Below are positions 60,281 through 64,000 of a DNA stretch of 64,000 bases, piece after piece. The DNA is from Nitrospirota bacterium (GTDB lineage Bacteria; Nitrospirota; UBA9217), in the NCBI GenBank assembly GCA_963749655.1, contig CAVVOB010000018.1, positions 96,001 to 160,000 of the forward strand, read 5' to 3'. The notes under the pieces are model-generated. The model made no database searches and was not told the DNA's origin. It saw only the letters and a list, made by a program, of their open reading frames with translations. Made by a program: the position numbers and the translations under genes. Each line of letters starts with the position of its first letter. Within the stretch, counting starts at the first letter, position 1.

Positions 60281-60376
60281 CTCGCGCAAAGCCGCAAAGA
60301 GCGCAAAGGAAAGCAGGACGGGGGCTGGAGCATGCCATTCCGGCTATTCTTTCCCCGCGCCTCCGCATCTCTGCGC
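60281..60376. repeat. CGCAAAG-type palindromic element
   Basis: CGCGCAAAGCCGCAAAGAGCGCAAAG arm with a degenerate reverse arm. Confidence 0.55.
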
Positions 60377-60417
60377 AAAGCAGAATTTAATCATGAAAAG
60401 GACGTGATCTTTTTTTC

Positions 60418-61061
60418 ATGAACGACAAGATGCAGTCGCAACGCGAACAGACGAAAAGGCTTTTAAAAAACTATGCTCTATTCCTCGGCATTATCGGAGA
60501 ACTATTCAGGTCAGCGACGAAAAAGAACAGAGCCGGCTGCATGCGGGGTGTTATGGGTGTTGCTCGGGATTTTTCAGCATATCGATGCTCGATGCGCTGC
60601 ATCTCAGGGCGAGTATCAAAAAGACTCCTGCCGCGATCAGAAAGCGAGTCATCGGGCAGGCGATGGAACGGCTTGAACTTCTCGAAGAACAGGGCATCTT
60701 CTCGCTCATCGACCCGATTCTCAAATCTGCTTCCGCAATCGACACCCTCGCCCGGAAATCATCAGGCATGCGCTGTCCTGCCCTTGATGACAAGAACCGT
60801 TGCATGATCTACGAGCACCGGCCCCTGCTCTGCCGGATCTTCGGACCCACGATCCGGGGCAACCGAAGGTCGATCGTGATCAAAGGCTGCGGTCACTTTT
60901 CCAGGGACATTCCCGAAACGGACTTTCCCATACTGAGCATCTACAAGGACGAAGATGTGCTTCTCAAGGCCCTCTTCAAGCAGCTCGGCATCGACCCGCG
61001 CCGGAAAATCGAGACCATCATTCCCGCGGCCATGGTCCTGGACCTGGAAAAGTTCCTGTAA
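60418..61061 (+). CDS. YkgJ-family (CxxCxxCC) cysteine-cluster protein; frameshift at about 60547
   Basis: Restoring one G in GGGG gives 'CMRGCYGCC'; then 'CPALD..CMIYEHRPLLCR'. Confidence 0.82.
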
Positions 61062-61220
61062 CAACTGCGCGTACATCTAATTTTCAACAGCCAGTCGTAT
61101 ATACCCCAAAAATACCCTTTCGAGTCTCTTGCAATCTCCAATAAAAAATAGTATCGTACTTTCGTTTGACCCTCCCAGCTCGCACACCATTCTGCAACTT
61201 TCCGTCATAAGGAGCCCGTC

Positions 61221-64000
61221 ATGTATCTTCGTCGAAGGGTAGCAGTACTTCTTGTTCTCTGCACTGCCATGCTAGTCTCCTGCGGTACCAATCCCAGCAC
61301 GAATAAATCCGGAGCCCCGCTCACCAGCATCGAGGTAATGCCCACAACACCTTCCATAGCCAAGGGCACGACCCAGACATTCACAGCAACCGGCCGGTAC
61401 TCAGACAATACCAGCGCGGACATAACCGGCAAGGTCCAATGGAATTCGTCCGATACTACCGTCGCCGCCGTCGACAGCAACGGCACTGCGCTGGGATCGA
61501 ATCCCGGCGCTGCAAGCATCCAGGCGCAGGTCGGGGAGATCACCGGAACCACGGTCCTGACCGTGACGGATGCGGCGCTCCGGTCCATTGAGGTAACGCC
61601 GACCAACCCGAGCATTGTAGCAGGAACCACCCGGCAATTTACTGCATCCGGAGTGTTCTCGGATAATTCCACCCAGGATGTGACAGCATCAGTGACCTGG
61701 AGTTCTTCGTCACGGTCAATCGCGACAATCAGCAATACGGCTGGATCGAATGGCATGGCAACATCGCTTGATTCAGGGACAACGATGGTAACGGCCAACT
61801 CAGGAAATATTTCAGGCTCTACCACGTTGACAGTAACATCAGCAGCACTCGTTTCAGTGGCAGTCGCGCCGACAAATCCCAGCATTGTCGCGGGGACCGA
61901 TCAGCAGTTCAGCGCTACCGGCACCTTTTCCAACAATGCGACCCAGGACCTGACCTCAGCAGCATCCTGGGAATCGTCGGCCACGTCGATAGCCACCATC
62001 GGCAATAGTGCAGGATCAAAGGGCAAGGCATCCGCTCTTGCTGCAGGCACAGCATCGATAACGGCCGTCTTCAGCGCGATATCGGGTTCTACTACCTTGA
62101 CCGTCACTCCCGCGACACTCGAATCTATAGAAATAACGCCGAAGGGTCCCGATATCGCCATAGGTACGACCCAGCAATTCACGGCAAAAGGGCGTTATTC
62201 CGACAACACGACCCAGGACCTTACCGCACCAGTGGTCTGGGATTCATCAGACTCCCTTGTCGCTACGATCAGCAATGCCGATGGAACGAAAGGCAAGGCC
62301 TATTCCGTCACTACGGGGACGACAATGATTACGGCAATATCGGGTACGGTTTCCGACTCAACAACCCTGACCATCTCTCCAGTAAGGCTTTCTTCGATCG
62401 ACATTGCGCCTGCTGATCCTAGCATTGCCCTGGGAACGACTCAGCAGTTCACTGCAACCGGCACCTACACCAATGCCTCGACGCAAGACCTAACTACGTC
62501 CGTCACCTGGAGTTCTTCGTCCATGACTGTTGCAGCCATCAGCAATGCCGCCGGTTCACGAGGTCTGGCAACCCCTATTGGTACCGGCACAACGACCATA
62601 ACGGCAATATCCGACATCGTATCCCGCTCCACGACATTAACGGTAACGCCTGCAACGCTGATATCAATCGACATCTCTCCGGCCGACACGACCATTGCCC
62701 CGGGAAAGACCCGGCAGTTTATTGCTACCGGAACATATTCAAATGCAACAGCTCAGGATATTTCATCACTGGTAACCTGGAGTTCTTCCGCTTCTGCGAT
62801 CGCTACTATCAGCAATGCAGATGGCTCGCGAGGCCTTGCAACACCTGTTTCCGCCGGGACAACGACGATTTCGGCTATATCAGGAGGCATATCAAAATCG
62901 ACCACGCTGACCGTTCTTCACTTAATAGGAGGGTCACTGCAAGGCAACGATCTGAGCCTTACCGGGGAGGTCACTACAGTTGCGGGAATAAGACAATGGG
63001 CGGACGGCCTTGGCTCTGCCGCGATTTTCAATCATCCTGTTGGGATCACCTCCGACGGCACATATCTCTATGTTGCCGATACCAACAACAGCGCAATCCG
63101 GAAGGTCTACATTACCACAGGAAATGTTACGACGCTCGCGGGCAATGCTGGGATCAGCGGTTCTACTGACGGCACCGGAACTGCCGCGACATTCAGATAT
63201 CCCCGCGGAATCACAACAGACGGGACCTATCTGTACGTTGCCGACACAGAAGCGTTGACCATACGCAAAATAGCAATTACAACAGGCGCTGTCACAAAAA
63301 TTGCTGGAATGCCGGGCACAATAGCTCCATTTTTCCGGCCCGGCAGTGTCACTCTAACCGGCGGATATCTCTATGTTGCCGACACGAATAACAACGTCAT
63401 CCGGAAGCTGGACACGTCCGGCGGTTATTATCCTACCTTGGACGGCCTATTTGCCGGAGCAACACTCATGGCTGGATTGTCTGATGGGACTGCGGCTGAT
63501 GCACGGTTCAACGGACCGTCAGGCATTACTACTGATGGCACGTATCTCTTCGCCTCAGATACGGGCAACAATACAATCCGCAAAATCAGGATTGACACAG
63601 GAGATGTCACCACCATCGCCGGTACTGCAGGCAGCTCCGGATCAATCGATGCAACAGGTTCTGCAGCGCGATTCAACGGACCGACAGGTATTGCTACCGA
63701 CGGCACTAATCTCTATGTCACGGATACGGGCAACAACATCATCCGAAAAATCGTAATAGCTACCGGGGCTGTTACAACGATCGCCGGTACCACAGGCTCA
63801 TCAGGTTCAACAGATGCCTCCGGAGTTGATGCCAGGTTCACCGCGCAGGCAGTCCGGGACTCTCCGGTTCGCTTGACGGTACAGGATCCGCAGCCCGATT
63901 CAACGGTCCACGGGGCATTACAACGGACGGTGTGAACATCTATGTATCCGATATGGGCAACTATACTGTCCGTAAAATCGTCATTTCCACAGGAGAGGTA
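61221..64000 (+). CDS. Lipoprotein with 6 Ig-like (Big_2) repeats and an NHL beta-propeller (runs off the window; frame break near 63845)
   Basis: Lipobox 'MLVSC'; six 'SI.I.P....I..G.TQQFTATG.YS....D.T..V.W.SS' repeats; repeated 'P.GI.TDGT.LYV.D..N..IRKI'. Confidence 0.9.

Overview
GC-rich bacterial chromosome segment. Gene content suggests Nitrospirota or a Deltaproteobacteria-like anaerobe (inference only). Scattered 1-nt frameshifts, densest at 16-24 kb and several in homopolymers, look like long-read assembly errors. Left part: truncated MASE3 sensor, ihfA-merR-tRNA-Pro(GGG), an octaheme (TvNiR-type) ammonia-forming nitrite reductase, and a complete fused-nuoCD complex I operon (nuoA-N) coupled to a transketolase. 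Then two diguanylate cyclases, an HD phosphohydrolase, a DUF4912/GH57/glcD/L,D-transpeptidase cluster, fabF and a dodecaheme cytochrome c. The 34.8-60 kb block is the most unusual region. It is a partly duplicated sigma54-controlled locus with four paralogous histidine kinases, three NtrC-type regulators (one with a degenerate GAFTGA), two TSUP/TauE transporters, a TIGR02186-like protein, USPs and USP-like proteins, tatA, and a dikinase-like enzyme lacking the pyruvate domain. It also holds two adjacent GspE-N-like membrane proteins that together carry five DUF202/Vtc1-like units, each preceded by an Arg-heptad helix: a candidate pseudo-pentameric anion or polyanion channel. The window ends with a YkgJ-family protein and an Ig-repeat/NHL lipoprotein. 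Small palindromic or heptamer elements fill nearly every nuo junction and invade coding sequence. No CRISPR, rRNA, prophage or transposase was seen.
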